From Mizuhopecten yessoensis (Eukaryota), in contig NW_018405139.1 in assembly GCF_002113885.1 (NCBI RefSeq), forward strand, positions 1,573,797 to 1,637,796: 64,000 nucleotides of DNA, in the 5' to 3' direction. The stretch's first letter is position 1. Each line of letters starts with the position of its first letter. This document shows positions 26,200 through 40,718 of the stretch, piece by piece. The notes under the pieces are model-generated. The model was not told where the DNA came from and made no database searches. It saw only the letters and a program-made list of their open reading frames with translations. A program made the position numbers and the translations under genes.

Positions 26200-27545
26200 A
26201 AAAAAATGATGTTTTAATATGTGACATCCTGTAAATTATATAATTATGCAGACGACAACACTGTCAGAGTCAAATAAAGACCCAGATGTTTTAAAACATA
26301 ACATTGAAAATGACAGTCAAAAGTTAATAGACTGGTTTAAATTAAACCAGATGAAAGCAAACCCTGATAAAGTCCAGGCCATTTGTATAGGGAAACGTTA
26401 GGTAGATGCTATACAGTCTATTTAGTATTGGCGAAATAGATATTGTTCCAGACATTGTTGTCAAACTTTTAGGTGTGAACTTTGATTCATTTCTAAACTT
26501 TGAAGCTTATATCTTTGAAGTTTGTAGGAAAGTCTCCAGGCAATTGTCCATTTTAAAGCGAATTGTTTTTTTTTAACCAAACAAGGCAGACTTTTGTAAT
26601 TTTTTAAAATTATAAACAAAATTTCTCCTGAATATATTCACAATCTTGTAAATATTAAGATGTCTAATTATGTCTCCAGGAAAGAAAATACTGCAGAGGT
26701 GTCCAGGGTCAACACTGTGAAGTATGGACATAAATCGTTTGCTTTTGAGGCCGTCCGGGTGCGGAACAGTCGCCAAAATGACTTCCGAAAAGTTAAAAAC
26801 TTCAAAGAATTCAGGAGGCTGGTCCATTCCTAGGATGGCCCCATCTGCCTTTGCAATATCTGCAAAGAGTGATACTTCATACTGTGCCCTGGTTACCTCT
26901 GTCACCTGATTGGATTGTGTGATACTTTTATTGTCTTGTTTCATTTCTTATATGTTTTATTATATTCTATAATTTTGCAGCATCTTATTTCTATTTCATT
27001 TCTATGTATTCTAAAATATCAATTTTTACAAAACTTCATACATTTTGTTAATTGATTATGGTATCATTTTTAATTCACACTATAATAGTGTATATTCTTT
27101 CAATTTTTATTCTTTGCTATATAAGCATTGTATGTATATTCCACTTCATAGTATTTTGATCCTAAGTCCTAAGTAATTCTTGTGTGAAATTTACTTATTC
27201 TACCAGTTTATCTTTGATCACATTCAATGCTTTTCATATATTAACACTATTTTTATATATTTATTGTTCCAAAAGGGTCATATCCCCTAGGGGGCCTTTG
27301 TAGGTAGGGGACTCCCAATCACTTAGAAACATGAGATATGGATACTTTCTGTGTCTGTGATGATTATTACTGGTGTTTTTTTTTTTTATTAATATATGTG
27401 ATTATCTCCCTTTACTTGTGATATAATATGTTATTGTTATAATTTAACATATGTTTGTCGCAATAATAGCTCTCAAGAGCTAATGTTCCTTGTTTACCTG
27501 TATGCGCCGTTAAATAAAGGTTCTAGTATCTTGTATCTTGTATTA
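26200..27545 (+). mobile_element. 5'-truncated CR1/L2-type LINE (RT remnant plus 3'UTR)
   Basis: LYNYADDNT, DWFKLNQMKANPDK.QAI, VKLLGVNFDSFLNF with stops. 3' end AATAAA followed by (GTATCTT)n. Confidence 0.8.
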
Positions 27546-28159
27546 GTAGCCATATTACACCTGATATCTAAAAATAAAATAGTGGAGGGTATAAAGGCAT
27601 ATCCTTAAATAAATGTAGATACGGTTGCCATTAATGTGAGTTGCTTAGTCCTAAGCAGAGGATTTAAAGGGATGTATGCAACTTCTAGTATATCTCGACA
27701 TATGATTGAGACTAGAGGTTTGGGAAATCAATCGCTTGATATAAGGGCGTTTGCTTATTTGAATTTATTATCATATCCTAGATATTTAATATAAAGAAAC
27801 TCAGCATGGACCTATCACTGACGCCTTCTCTTTTTTAGATTCTATATTCACAACTTGGCTTAGCCCCAACCCCAATATAACATATTCAGTTTAGAAGGGG
27901 GCGAGTTTACTGCATTTGTAAATGTTCATGTCATTTACGTTCTTGCTTAATTATATAAATTATACAAATATATTCATAATATCAAAACTGGATTCAAAAA
28001 TAAATGGCAGCATTTTTGAAGGAGTTATTTTTTCTACAATTTCCGTAAGAGTTGAGAAAAAAATCGCTGATTTTTGTTGATTTTTTTTTTTTTTTACATT
28101 CGATGGTTTATCTTGAAATTATCCGGAAAATTGCACGGGTCCATTTTTATTACATCTTT

Positions 28160-28300
28160 GACAACTTCCGGGTCGGTGCTTTTGAAAGGTTGCTAGGGTT
28201 GACAATTCAGCATTTTGTCATTTTCATGGCATTTAGGCTGTTTCGTGATATATGAATCAATACAAACGTAGGTGTTTGCAATGACTTTAATCCAGGGTAG
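28160..28300 (+). promoter_or_regulatory. Candidate promoter/first non-coding exon of the MATCAP gene
   Basis: ETS-type ACTTCCGG motif at ~28163 in locally CpG-richer sequence. Donor-like CAGG|GTAGGT at ~28296. Acceptor TTTTAG 29777-29782 upstream of the ATG. Confidence 0.35.
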
Positions 28301-29958
28301 GTTCTGTGTTTAGTCATGTTATTCTCGTTAATTCATCTCAGTTAACTTTACCAATGCCATTCGTCAGGTCATGGTCATTGGATGAACGAATCAACATAAT
28401 TTAGACTACTGGACATCGGCTCCTGATCCAGGGTTACCTTGTACCTACGACTATGAATTCATTTGTTTCATGTCAATCTTGATGAAATATATGTTTGAAT
28501 TTTAAAGTTCTAGTGAATGCTTAGAATATAAATTCATGTTAACAAAACGTGTTTTGTTCCGACAAGAGTTGTGCATGCCAGCTGTTTTACATTAGTATGT
28601 ATATGTACCTGTATGTGTGCAGACCGCATATCCGTATTCTAATCTGATACATTTGAATATTTTTCCATTTTGTTATGTTTGTAAACACCAATTTTAATTT
28701 ACCAAAATTATAACCCTACTACCAATCTTACCGTTGCAACACTTGATACCTGGTTCCGGGTTGTTTCGCCCGAAATCCCGTTCGCCCTAGGCTGATTCGC
28801 GCTAGGTTGTTTCGCCCTAAAACAAAAATATTAGGGCGAAACATTGTTTGGTATTTTCTTTTAATTTCGGTAGTTTTAAGTCACAAATTAAGTGTTCTTG
28901 GTCTTCTATATAATTTTTATTAATTTCATACACAAAATGTGTCACTAAGCACTTCATGTGATTTTGTCATTATTATGTTACTTCGTCCAAATTAAAGGAT
29001 ATTAGTGAGATATTGATAGTATATGGGTCCCCAGTAAATCTTGTATGCCATTCGAATTCCCAGTCCTGGACTAAAAACCCAATCTAAGAATAAAAAAATA
29101 TATTTTAATATCTCAACAATTTGATTGTTTATAATTTTTTTGGTAAAATCTACAATAATTTCAAAAGGCATTTTCTAAATATGACATTTGGAATGAAATA
29201 TTTGAATCATCTGATAATTTAGAAATTAACGATAATTGATCATATTTCAAGGAGGTAAAAGATGTAAGCTGCAGTCAACTGTGAAAAATACTGATTTTTA
29301 CATATGTTTGGCAATATAGTGTCTAATAAAATGTGCATTGAAAAAATAAATATATATATAAATCTGTATGAAGAAAGAAGGGGCCAGGTGCCAATACAAT
29401 TTTTTATCACATAATGTACTCTGTTATCCAGTGAATATAACCATGGTGGGGTTTTTTGCGTATTAACCCATGTAATATGACCTATCAGCCCTGTGATTGG
29501 TTGTAAGTTTCAATTGTTTCAATACAGGATTCCATATATAAAGTGATGACTACATATTTGTCTACCACAATGTGTTTATTAATGTAAGGAAAGGTATGCA
29601 ATTTATGTGTGCATAGACCAAAATATCCCTAAAACTGAACATACATGAGTTATTTAGTGCAACAAGTTCAAATTCAATTTTCGAATAATTATTGACGTCT
29701 TTAAATAGACATCTCGGCGAATTTTATACATTTGGAAAGGAAACAACTTTCATTTTTTTTCTTATGGAATTTTATATTTTAGATCTCTTAATGGAGCCAT
29801 TTATAGCTTTGTGATGAGAATTGATCGTTGAACAAGATGTATACATTCAACATGGGGAACCTGTTGCAGAAGGTGTTGAACCACCAGCTTTCATCTCTAT
29901 TTCTTCTGCTGCCCTAACAATATGACTGTAATGAATGATTTGTCACACGTATTGAGTC

Positions 29959-32900
29959 ATGGCTGTTGCTATGCACAATGTTACAAAAGTAACTAAAGCT
30001 TCAACCATGAAGGACAAAGTGGGGAATCCCCTAGATTTTAACCTACCACCTCCTGGCACTGCTGCTGCTGCAAAGCTTCCTCGAAAAAAGAAAAGAAAAA
30101 ACAAAAAATGTCCTAAAGTCATGAAACCTTTAAGTCGACAAAAGATCCGATCATCATCTGCTGTGGAGTCAAAGTCGGAAATTGGCACTAGTTGTACTCC
30201 TCACCGAGGCTTGACATCTTCTTCGTCATTCCGTTTCTGTGATCGTCCTAGCACAGCAGGGAGTCTACGTCTACCCTCTATACACACTCCCATGTCCACA
30301 AGTAGTACAGCCCTCGCCTCCTCCGTAGACCGATTAGCCACACCTCCTGGGAGACAAAGAACTTCTATACTACCTGAATCATCCCAACCAACATCCAGTG
30401 AACGCAGGAAAAAAGTTTCACTTCTTGCAGCAATCAAACCAGCAAATGAAAAGGCAGAAAAGGAAAGATTTCTGCGAGCAAAATGTCAGTACAATCCTTA
30501 TTTCATTTACAAATTCCCAGCTGATGCTGAAGTTTTAGAAAGAGTCAGCATGGCATCTGACAAGCTTCTGCCACAGGTATGTAGAGTTTGATTAACCAGG
30601 CATAATTCAAAACATAATTTTACCAATATTTCTCTGTCTGAAAAAAGACAAATATATTGTTAATTAACCTGTTACTGCTTTTTGGAAAGATAAAAAGCAC
30701 CTTTACATTTAATAACAACTGGGGGGTGGAGACCCAAAGTCCCTGCAAGGAAGTCAGTTCCATAGTGGCGGTAGGGATCCTGGGGTGGATACCTAAATGG
30801 TATTCAACAGTGCTCATCAGGGAAAGCAGAGAAAATGAAACTATAAATGATGAGCAACAACACCACTGAATCTGGTACAAAATGTAATGTTTGATTTACA
30901 TCCTACGTGCTGACATTTTTCGGCCCCTTGGTACATAGTTGCAAACATCATGTAACTGTGCTCTGAAGACAGCCTCCCTTCGGCCGAAACATGTCAGCAC
31001 GTAGGATGTAAACCAAACATTACATTTTGTACCGGATTCAGTGTTGTTGTTGCTCATCATTTCTTTTTTCATTTTCATTTTCTATTTTCATTTACCTTTA
31101 CATTTAGGTAGATCTATATATACATCATCACCGGTTATTAGTCTTTGTATTTTATGGAAGTAAAATCATAAAGCATATCCTCACTGGTATTTATACATGT
31201 ACATGTATTATGAGTACCAGTTATAGTGTAAGATTTTTCAGTGGTACAATTTATATTAGTTACAGCCTGATCACTAGTACATAAATACTTCCTCCACTTT
31301 AAAATGTTCAATATCCCATGGCTGTTAGAAGCAGTGTTTAACAGAATAAACATGTTTATGCTGCAGTAAGACCAGATTTAAGTCAACACATAATCTGTGA
31401 CTCATGATTGAGGAGAATTGGCTAAGTATAATTAACAGGACAATGAAATAGTGTTTGTTTGCATTTCTACTGAACTGCAAATAGTTTATTACAGGTCAAT
31501 GATGACGTTCAGGTTGCAGACACAAAAAGGCTACTGAATGTATGCATCATGCGTGTCAAAAAAAAAAAAAAAAAAGGATGCAATTAACACACTTATCTGT
31601 TCTATTTTCAGGCAATCCTTATAATGGAGCGAGCTATTGACCAATACGGATGTTATGAGAACTTTGAAGCTGAGACTGGTGGTCAGATAATATCGCGGGG
31701 ACAAATAAACAACTTAGTGCAGCGTTACCTCAAAAAAGAAGATATAGAAAGAGAAATAGTTGTCAATCTGACCGAGGAACTCCTATCCCGTGGATCAATG
31801 ACAAGGCATAAAGGCAAACCTCAGCTTAATGTTCGTGTCAGTAATCTCAGGGAGTATTGGGTGGATGGACTCCTTCGACATGAACTTGGTTTGTATATAT
31901 ATTTTATTGTTCACACATTTTGTTTCTTGGTCAGAGGGAAACACAAATATTTGTTTCCTGGAGATTCATTATGTTCCATGAGGGTGAAGCACAAGGCGAA
32001 CAAAAAGAGGTGAAAGCATACAAATTCAAACAAGAATATTGCATGCAATTTATGATTAATTTATCTGTGATTATAAGTTTAAAATACAGGAGAGAAAACC
32101 TGATCAACGTGAGAGAAGAATTTTGATACCATGCGATGCATCCAATGTAGTCAAATATGCTGCTACATTGTATATGATGAATGAGATAATGTCCATTACC
32201 TGCTAAACTAACTAACAAAAAATATCAATCATAATATACTTTTAAAGTGTTCATTTCATAAGTTGTACGTCAAACTTGTTTATAATATTACATGAACATG
32301 TAAAACATGTAGCTATGAATATCTCGATACATGTCTTCATATGAATCTATCAGCCAATATTTGTATTGCAGGCACTCACTATGTCCGCAGTTATAACACT
32401 AAGTTCCAACCGTGGTATAATTGGAAGGTTCGTAAGGAGCTAGACATGCTACCTATGAACCCAACAGAGGAGGGGCTGGCCTCTCTACATAGTGTGTTGT
32501 TCCGTAAGAACCCCTGTTTATGGAGGTCAGCATTGTTGTATTACACAGTGTATATGGCCTCCAAGCTGTCTCTCAAGGACCTGTTTAAGGATCTGGGCCG
32601 CTTCGTCAGTGACCCACATGTACGATGGGACTATTGCATCCGGGCAAAACGTGGTCAGATAGACACCTCAACACCAGGTTATTTCTGTAGATTCATAATG
32701 ATAATAATAAACTTTATTTATTGAGGATAAAAACCTGTTTAGCAAAGCTAATCTTCCACATGGTCCTCTGTTAGTAAAAGGGTTAGTTAAAAACATGATC
32801 TTATTGAAAACAAATGAGCATTCAAATTATTATCACAGTAAGCATACGTACAAAAGTAGCTTATTAAATTACTATAATTTGACTAAATATATATACAACT

Positions 32901-33444
32901 AAAGGGTCATTCATACTTTTCATTAAAATTATCACAGAAGCAAAGATACACTATTCTAAGCTGAACCAATATGGTATTCAGTAAAAGACCAAATGTCTAA
33001 ATTACATATATATAAGATTTATATTGCATAGAAATAGAAAATATATTTGGAATCTACTAGATCATTTTGCTTCAATTTTATATGGATACAGGGTTTAAGT
33101 ATATACTGTGAAATCTGTAGGATATATGAGTAATTTAATATTTAAAAGACCTGATCACTTTTGGAAATAAAAACTCTATATATTTTACAGGTGCATTTTC
33201 CAAGGATCAGGTGTATTTATCAGGAGCACTCCAAATATTGAAATACCGTCGTCAGATTGACTTTCACATGATGATGAGACTTGGCAAAGTGGCGTTCCAG
33301 GATATTGAACGTCTGAGAGGGTATGCTGATCTGGAGGGGACACGGGTGCCAACCTTCATGGAGGACAGAACGTCGTACATCAAACATTTGGACCGCATTG
33401 CAGAGGCCAATGGCCTTACTGACCTTGTTCTCAAGTCGGCCTGA
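29959..33444 (+). CDS. MATCAP: Microtubule-associated tyrosine carboxypeptidase (MATCAP/KIAA0895 family), ~484 aa. Exons 29959-30576, 31612-31888, 32372-32677, 33191-33444
   Basis: Spliced frame is open. Motifs GLLRHELGTHY (HExxxH), NPTEEGLASLHS, RWDYCIRAKRGQ.DTS.PG.FSKDQVYL. Low-complexity basic/Ser-rich N-terminus. In-frame stop just upstream of ATG 29959. Confidence 0.93.
30845..31062. repeat. Fold-back element with ~83-bp near-perfect arms (MITE-like) in MATCAP intron
   Basis: AAATGATGAGCAACAACACCACTGAATC...CGGCC versus GGCCG...GATTCAGTGTTGTTGTTGCTCATCATTT. Confidence 0.85.
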
Positions 33445-36400
33445 GGATGTGTGATCCTAGCTTGTAGGATGAACAGACACTATATTGTTACAGCGATGTT
33501 TTTGTGTAGTTCCCTTGTGATAAGTACAAAGTGTCTGTGACTTGATATCCCAATTTCTCAAAAAAAGTGCTAAGAGATATATAAGCTTCCTTACCTAGAA
33601 ATGTGTTTCCTTTCCATAAGAGATTTTCAAACTCTACACAGAAATTCAAAAAATATGAAATTAGAATTGTAATTTTGACTCAACAATGAGTATAAGTTGA
33701 AAACCTATTTGAAATGTATGCATAAGGAATGCATTGATTACACTCTAGTTATTCTTCAGTATTGGACATAAGATCTCATAATTATATGGCATTAAGCCCA
33801 TGCCTAGAAATAATTGCAGTGTTTTTTTCCTACTTAAATTTTACAACAGTATGTTGTTCCTTCATGAATTGGTAAAATATAGTATTATCTTTATTGAAAT
33901 AAGGGAGGTTGTTCTTCATTTTTCCTTCATTTTAGGAAAATGTAGCATTTTGTTTTGCTGGGGAAACCAGCCTCTGTATTCAGCTGTAAAACTAGACAAA
34001 AGAAAATCACTTCTTTTATTGTCCTGTAGTAAGCCCACCCCCTAACTTGAGTCAGAGAATATTTATTGGCCCCTTGGTTTTATTGCAGGATACATATGGT
34101 ACATGTATATACGTATATGTTAATCAAAAGTGAATTTGGAGAAATAAGTCTTAAGACACATCACAGTTATAATTTGGAAGGTAACATAAATGTAATCTTA
34201 AGGTCATCATGATTCTAACTTTTCCAGACGTTTGTTTTGTCAATGTAATTAATAATTACAATTTTCATGCAAAACAATTGTAAATAAGTTTTGCTCTGAC
34301 TGACATAAATTGGATTTTTTTTTTATATTGAAATGAAATTTTGTAAATCCACTTTTTTACAAAAAAAGATTTTTATAGCAAAAAGAACTTTTAGAAAAGC
34401 AGGTTGAAAATATAGATTTTTTCCCAAAGGAATATGGACTACCGTATTCTTTGATGATTAAAAATTTGAAACTGATCCAATATGAAATATATATTTTGTC
34501 AGGAAAAAAACCAAGAGAAAAATAAGAGCTAAAAGTTTTTTTTAGAGAAATTGGGACCTTGTCGTTGCAACTGTTTTTGTCAAATTACATGTTGTAAAAC
34601 AATGGTGTATTTGTACATTTGAATATGTCTTAGTAAATACCTTTCTATATATTTTTTTGCTCTGTTTTTAAGTAACAACTACTGAAATAATGACAAGATA
34701 TTTTTTTCATCATCATTCACTTAAATGATGGTCTTTATCCAACTTTTTCACCGGCTTGTCTCTTTAGGAAAGAGGTAAATTAAAAACAAAAATGACTGTT
34801 GTACTTGCCTACATATTGGAGATAAGTAACTTTGTAGAATAGTTATTTACTTCAGAACATTGGAAGCATGATCTGTTTTATTTGGTCTTAATCCAAGGTA
34901 TGTTTACATTATTTAAGTTTAACAATGAGGTATACAAATAATGCATTAGTTGTTGTCACAGGGCCAAGACAAGAAAAATAATGCTGTTTCGTTGACACAT
35001 ATTTTAATTATTGGGTATAACTGTATTGAATGGAGTAAAGATATGGTATGTGTTTTTTGTTTTTTTAATAATTCTAGCTTCAGTACCACCCATAATATGT
35101 GTCTTGCCCCTGTCATCTGTTCTCTGCTATAAATGTAATAAATTTTAATATTTTCCCTGTTATAATACATGTAAACTGTGCCAAAAAATTAAGGTTGTTT
35201 TCTGTTTGTGCTCTTTGGGAAATGGTGCTATTGAGAAATGAAGAGCTGTTGAGGGAAACGAGAAGATTTATATTACCACTGGATGGTAAATCAAACAGTG
35301 CCATTGTGACTCGGTGTTGACCTGATCAGTCTCTGAGTAAGGGGTGTACCAGTCATTAGTGGACTCGTTTGGGTTCCCAATCCTTTTTGTAGGGGCTGTA
35401 AGAAAGCTATCAGCTACTGATTGAGGAATTGGAGAGTCTTCACAATGACAGATTGGGAATGTAATGTTTATTTGAGTGATATGTTTCTAGGCAGAGGAAG
35501 ACGATTGCTACTCATAGAAGTTATTGTATTGGACTGCTGTGAAAATAATTGAATTTCTCACTGCTCAATTCCAAGTTTGTTTGATACAATTTTTTTTTTA
35601 GATAAGATGAATGGTACAGATAGATTTGTAAAATATGATTTTTTTTCCGTATGCCATAACATATTTTCAAAAAATCATTCCACTTAATTGAAGTAGCATT
35701 CCATTGAATGTACAAATTTAGTGATCTGTAGACCCAATTTACTCTCTTTTTTTTTCCGATGCTGATAAATTGCACCCTGTAGTCTTATAAAATATTTTTT
35801 ACAAAGTTGATCATTTCCAGCATTGATGTTTCATGTTATTTTCTATCTAAAGCAATCATTTCTGATAATTTCATTTCAAAAAAATGATTATTGAATTAAA
35901 AATGATTTTTGAATTGTAAGTTTTTATTTATTTATCTTATTGACAAAATCTCCCAGTTTTGGAGGGAGGCTTAATTTATCATTTCACTTTTATTTTTTAC
36001 ATTTGAAATTAGAATTCATAACATGCTGTTTTTTTGTTCAAGTTGAATTATTTCATTTGATAGAACAGCTTAAGCTATGGTATTTTTCACTACTTAATGT
36101 TTTAGGGTTTTTGTACATGCTTTTTGTCACATAGTTTCATTCCAGTTAAAACTGGAAAGGTTAGCAAGTATGAAATATGATAGTGTGTACTTTTGACATG
36201 AGGTTCCTTTCCTAGGAAACTTGTAAACAATTATTTTCGGGATAGCAATAGTTCAAAATAACTTTTATAATGTCCATTTTCAACGAAACAGAAGTATCCA
36301 TTTAAAAAAAAATATGCAAATTGAAGATTTTTGAAGTTATCATATATACAATAAAGAAACTGAACAACACTTGCTATATATTGCCATAATAATATACCTG

Positions 36401-36924
36401 GTGTGTATAAATGATTCAGTTGAGTAACAAAACACAATCAAAGGAGGTCAAAGTTATAACAAAATTGAGCTTTACTGGTTTTCAACATTAATCAGGTTAC
36501 CTTGTTCTCAAGAATTGCATTTTATAATATTTTTGCAAGAGAAATGAAATTTAAAAACCTGACTTGTATCAGTAATTTGAATTAGTAAGCTTGAATTCTA
36601 ATTGATATTTTTTTTTTTGACAAATATGAAAGGATTTTCTGTTATCATTGTCATTACCAACATTCGCATAGTTAATTAGACTGACCACCGTCTCTAGAAT
36701 ATTGAATTATTAAAAAAAAGTTAAACTCAAAAAATGTTGATCACTTGCATTTTGGATGTCTGATTCTTCTAAACTAGGGGGAGATAAGCTAGTAGTAAAA
36801 TGCAGCTGAGAAATTCTTCCTTAAATCTTAGGGGCTGGTAGCCAGTCTAATAGTTAATATGCATCGGTATTTTCGTATATTTTTTCAATTCTTCAACATG
36901 TCAAATGACTGTCCCCTGTCTAAA

Positions 36925-37200
36925 GTGTGTACAATTCCACTAGGCTAATATCCTGTATTCCAGGGGTGTACAATTCCACTATCCCGACATCCTATTTCCA
37001 AGGTTGAACAATTCCACTACCCAACACATGCCCTATATCCAAGGGGTGTACAATTCGTCTAGCCCACACTCTGTATATCCAAGAGTTGTACAATTCCACT
37101 ACCGGACACATGTCCTATATCCATGGGATGTGCAATCCCACTACCCGACACATACCCTATGTCCAAGGGGAGTACAATTCAACTAGCCAGGGCCAGCACC
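36925..37200. repeat. Minisatellite, ~38-42-bp unit, ~7 copies
   Basis: CAAGGGGTGTACAATTCCACTACCCGACAC..CCTATATC recurs (ACAATT at 36931, 36970, 37008, 37050 and onward). Confidence 0.85.
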
Positions 37201-37825
37201 CTATATTTTGCATAAGTACTTCTGCAGGCAAGTCTTGAAAAATCCTATTAGCCTAATCAAATTTTTCAAAGTTTGCCTGTGGGAACGTACACTAAATTTT
37301 GTGATTTTTTACATACCTACAGTGTACTATCTTTAAGATGTTCAAGATATAAATTATTATGCATATGTTGAATGATTTTTCAAATTTTTACTGTTGAATT
37401 TGTAGTCATTTTGTTTAAATATGTTTATACATTGCTGACATTGCCTTTGTTTTCCTTAATTGTTCCAACAACTGTGATATTTTTTGTTGGAACCTATAAG
37501 TTATTAAACTTTGATACTGTGATAGACATTTTGTTTGCAAGCAAATAGTTGTGTTGTTATATGATCCGTGTTTTTGCATATCAAATTTAGTGGTTATTAA
37601 AATATATCCTCTTAATCACACAGTGCATGCTGTAACTGTCACAAATCCAAAATACCCCTTCGGGTTAATCTAAATTTACCTCTTGAATATATACTCAGGA
37701 CCCTCATACTATATATATAGCTTCATGTTTCAAAACTGTTCAACAGAAAGCTATCTAAAAACATGAAAACTTGAAAGGTGTACAAAATGTGTACATTGAT
37801 AGCGCTTATATACATATCTCACTAT

Positions 37826-37916
37826 TTAACTAATTCACCCCTAAAATTTCATAATGAACTATTCAAACCTTTGAATTGGAAGAATTCAAATGTGTTTTCA
37901 GGGGTGAATGAGTTAA
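37826..37916. mobile_element. Tiny TTAA-flanked TIR element
   Basis: TTAA-CTAATTCACCCCTAAAA ... TTTTCAGGGGTGAATGAG-TTAA. Confidence 0.6.
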
Positions 37917-38688
37917 GAAATATTATGTGTTCTGGTTATTTTCCCTGTATTTAAGAAACTCTGAACTTTCTTTACCAGTGCAAGAAAGTTCTGAGCTTAA
38001 CTATAAGTAAATGTTCTAGGATGATAAAGTTAGTTTTAGACATAATACACGTAATTAGTGCTTTAAGTTAAAAAGCTGATCACATTTCATGCTGTTTATT
38101 TCGCTTATTCAATTAACAGAAGAGAAAAAGGTTTGGATGATGGTGTATAGTCAGGTATATTGACCTTATATATAAAGATAGGCAATGTTATTATTTTCTT
38201 ATCGATAATGTGTCAAATGAATTTCGCTTTTTTAACTGACAATACTTTCAACAACAAAATTAACCCATCATCCCAAGGAGATGAAGTTCTGCATGAAAAA
38301 TCCATGCTGCTTTCAAAATGAACAACTGTTTTTTACATGGTTTACATTTACAGTTTTCACAAATTTCAAAAATCAGTTTAGATAATTAATAAGGTATATC
38401 CTACATGTCCATCATGTGATAAAAATCTCCTCATTCTAAAAGAGGTTCATGATAGGTATTTTTTTTCATAAATCGTTTAATAAATCAATTGATCAAACAT
38501 TTGGACAGTATACAAAAATGAATATGCATTGAATTGATTTTAAACCCGTTATTATGAATAATTACAAATGGCACTTATACATAAGGGAGGTAAATCTGCA
38601 TAAATGACTTGTATGGTAACATATAACCATATTTTGCAAAATTTTATTTATCTATAGTGTTAATCATTTGCATTCGATTATGGTTCAT

Positions 38689-38879
38689 TATATTCCGTCT
38701 TTGCATATTGCAGAGTTATCTTCTCTTGGGAGCAGGTATTGATTGTTACATCACTTGTTTGTGAGAGTAATGTCATCAATTTTTGAGAAAACAACGTAAT
38801 TTTCTCACAAACCAATGACGTAACAATCAATACCTGCCCCAAGAGAGGATAACTCTGCAATACACAAAGACGGAATATA
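38689..38879. mobile_element. Palindromic MITE, ~85-bp arms
   Basis: TATATTCCGTCTTTGCATATTGCAGAGTTATC ... GATAACTCTGCAATACACAAAGACGGAATATA. One arm also at ~24340-24405. Confidence 0.8.
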
Positions 38880-40671
38880 CACTGTATTATCATCTCACCA
38901 GAGCGTTAGCAGATATAGCCTCAGTTTCCTAAGCTGGTCCTGACACAAGACTTCAGAAATTTTGACAAATAGATGAGATGTATAAAAGTCTTGTGTCAGG
39001 GTCAGAGGAAACTTGGGCTTTACCAGATTGTAAGCATCTGCTTACTTTTGTAGGACTTTCTGTTTCTTTCCACATTTCTACTTCTCTAAAAGTGCATATA
39101 ACTGACAAAAAAATTTGATACCCTGTATAATTAAGGGGAATTCAGGGGACCAAAATTTAAAAAAGAAATAGATAAGAAACATACACTGTATATATATATA
39201 TAGGTAGAAGTCAAGATCCAACTCCGCAAATATTAAAATTTTAAGTTTTAGTCAAGCCTCACTTTATCAAAATATGTGATACAATGTACAAGACCACCAT
39301 GACTAGGTCTCGATCCACCAATTTTCCAGGCCATTTAGAAATACATTTTTTATATACATATCTGGTATGGGTTTTATTGTTGTTTACCAGTTTCCTCAGA
39401 TGGTTCATCTAGATTGTTATAAGAGGATTTTTCTATGTTCATTGCTTTCAGTCCAGTAAGTTGATCTAAATCACTTAGATTTTTTTTGGTTCCCAGATGA
39501 TTCCTGAGTTTGGTTCCAGGTTTTACATTTACATTATAATATCCCTCCATCCTGCCAAAGTTGTATCAAAAATTGGTGCTGTGACCAGGAACATGCAACA
39601 TGCATGCACACGTACTGATAGTCTTTGTGGAGTTTGTCACAAAGTTGTTATACAAGATGAAGTAAAATGGCAATGGCAGTGTTTATAGATCAGTATGTGT
39701 TATTACAAGCTCGTTAACTGTTGATTAAATCAACAATTTAGTACATGTACCTATAAGTTGGGTTTTAATTTGTAATCATCTTTATTCTTTGTATTGTCTT
39801 AGTGACCCAGTGTCTCTGCATTGTGCAATTGCTTTCTGTGATTAAAGTTTACAAGATCTATTGCATATAAAGTCGTTTTCTTTTAAATATTGGAAATGAG
39901 TTCACATGACAGCTAATCCAAAGAGCTGCCTCCTTTCCCTCTAATATTAATATTGCTTATTGAACTAGACCTTTTAACATTTGGCAGGCCAAATATAACT
40001 ACCATAGGCTTCACAGTTATTCAAGACGCCTAGAAAGGCTGTAATCTAGAGAGTGTCAAAGTCACTTATTTGAAATGTCATGATCCCAGGCTTCTTGGTT
40101 ATTTGGCAAATATTCAAGAGTTTTTAAAGAAAAAGTGTATGTGGACGGACGGACGGACAATAGATGATAATTATATAATGGTTGAAATGATAAATTTTCT
40201 ACATGTACCACTCTTGTTTTTTCTAGCTAAGCTAGACAGCAAGGTTCAAACAATAACAACAACATTTCAACAAATACTTTATATGTGTATGTTTACATAT
40301 TTATTTTCATGAAATAGCGGAGATAGACGTGAATAAATAATCCCCCTTTTGTTGAAAATCCCAAAGTGTGTTGTTGAGTTATTTGGCTGGTCCAAAAAAT
40401 GAAAACTCAATCTTTGTATTGATTTTTATGTACCATGACTGACTTACTATAATGCTACACACATAGTTACGTACATTACAGTTATTATTTCCTACTACAT
40501 TGACTTTGTAATAGGTTTATAAATAAGATCTATATACATTTAGTTGAACATTGTATGTAGCATCATATGTCAGTCTGTATACATGTCAAAGTCTGATGTT
40601 TCCATGGAGGGGAACCCTAAACATGATGATGATGAAGATCACAGTATGATTTTGTCCAGTCTTGGGAACTC

Positions 40672-40718
40672 TCAGAGAACTTTAGGAGACTGGATTACTA
40701 TCATCAGATAATCCTTCT
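40672..40718 (-). CDS. DYNLRB: Alternative (distal) last coding exon of the roadblock gene, giving a 97-aa isoform ending EKDYLMIVIQSPKVL*
   Basis: Pyrimidine-rich acceptor GTTTTTGTGTTTTCAG, same phase as 42538-42587, homologous peptide, TGA at 40672-40674, downstream AATAAA (plus-strand TTTATT ~40300). Confidence 0.82.

Noticed and set aside
28750-28845. TTCGCCC repeat cluster as a regulatory array
   Set aside because: It looks like the subterminal repeats of a DNA-transposon end. No matching other end was found, so it was not called.
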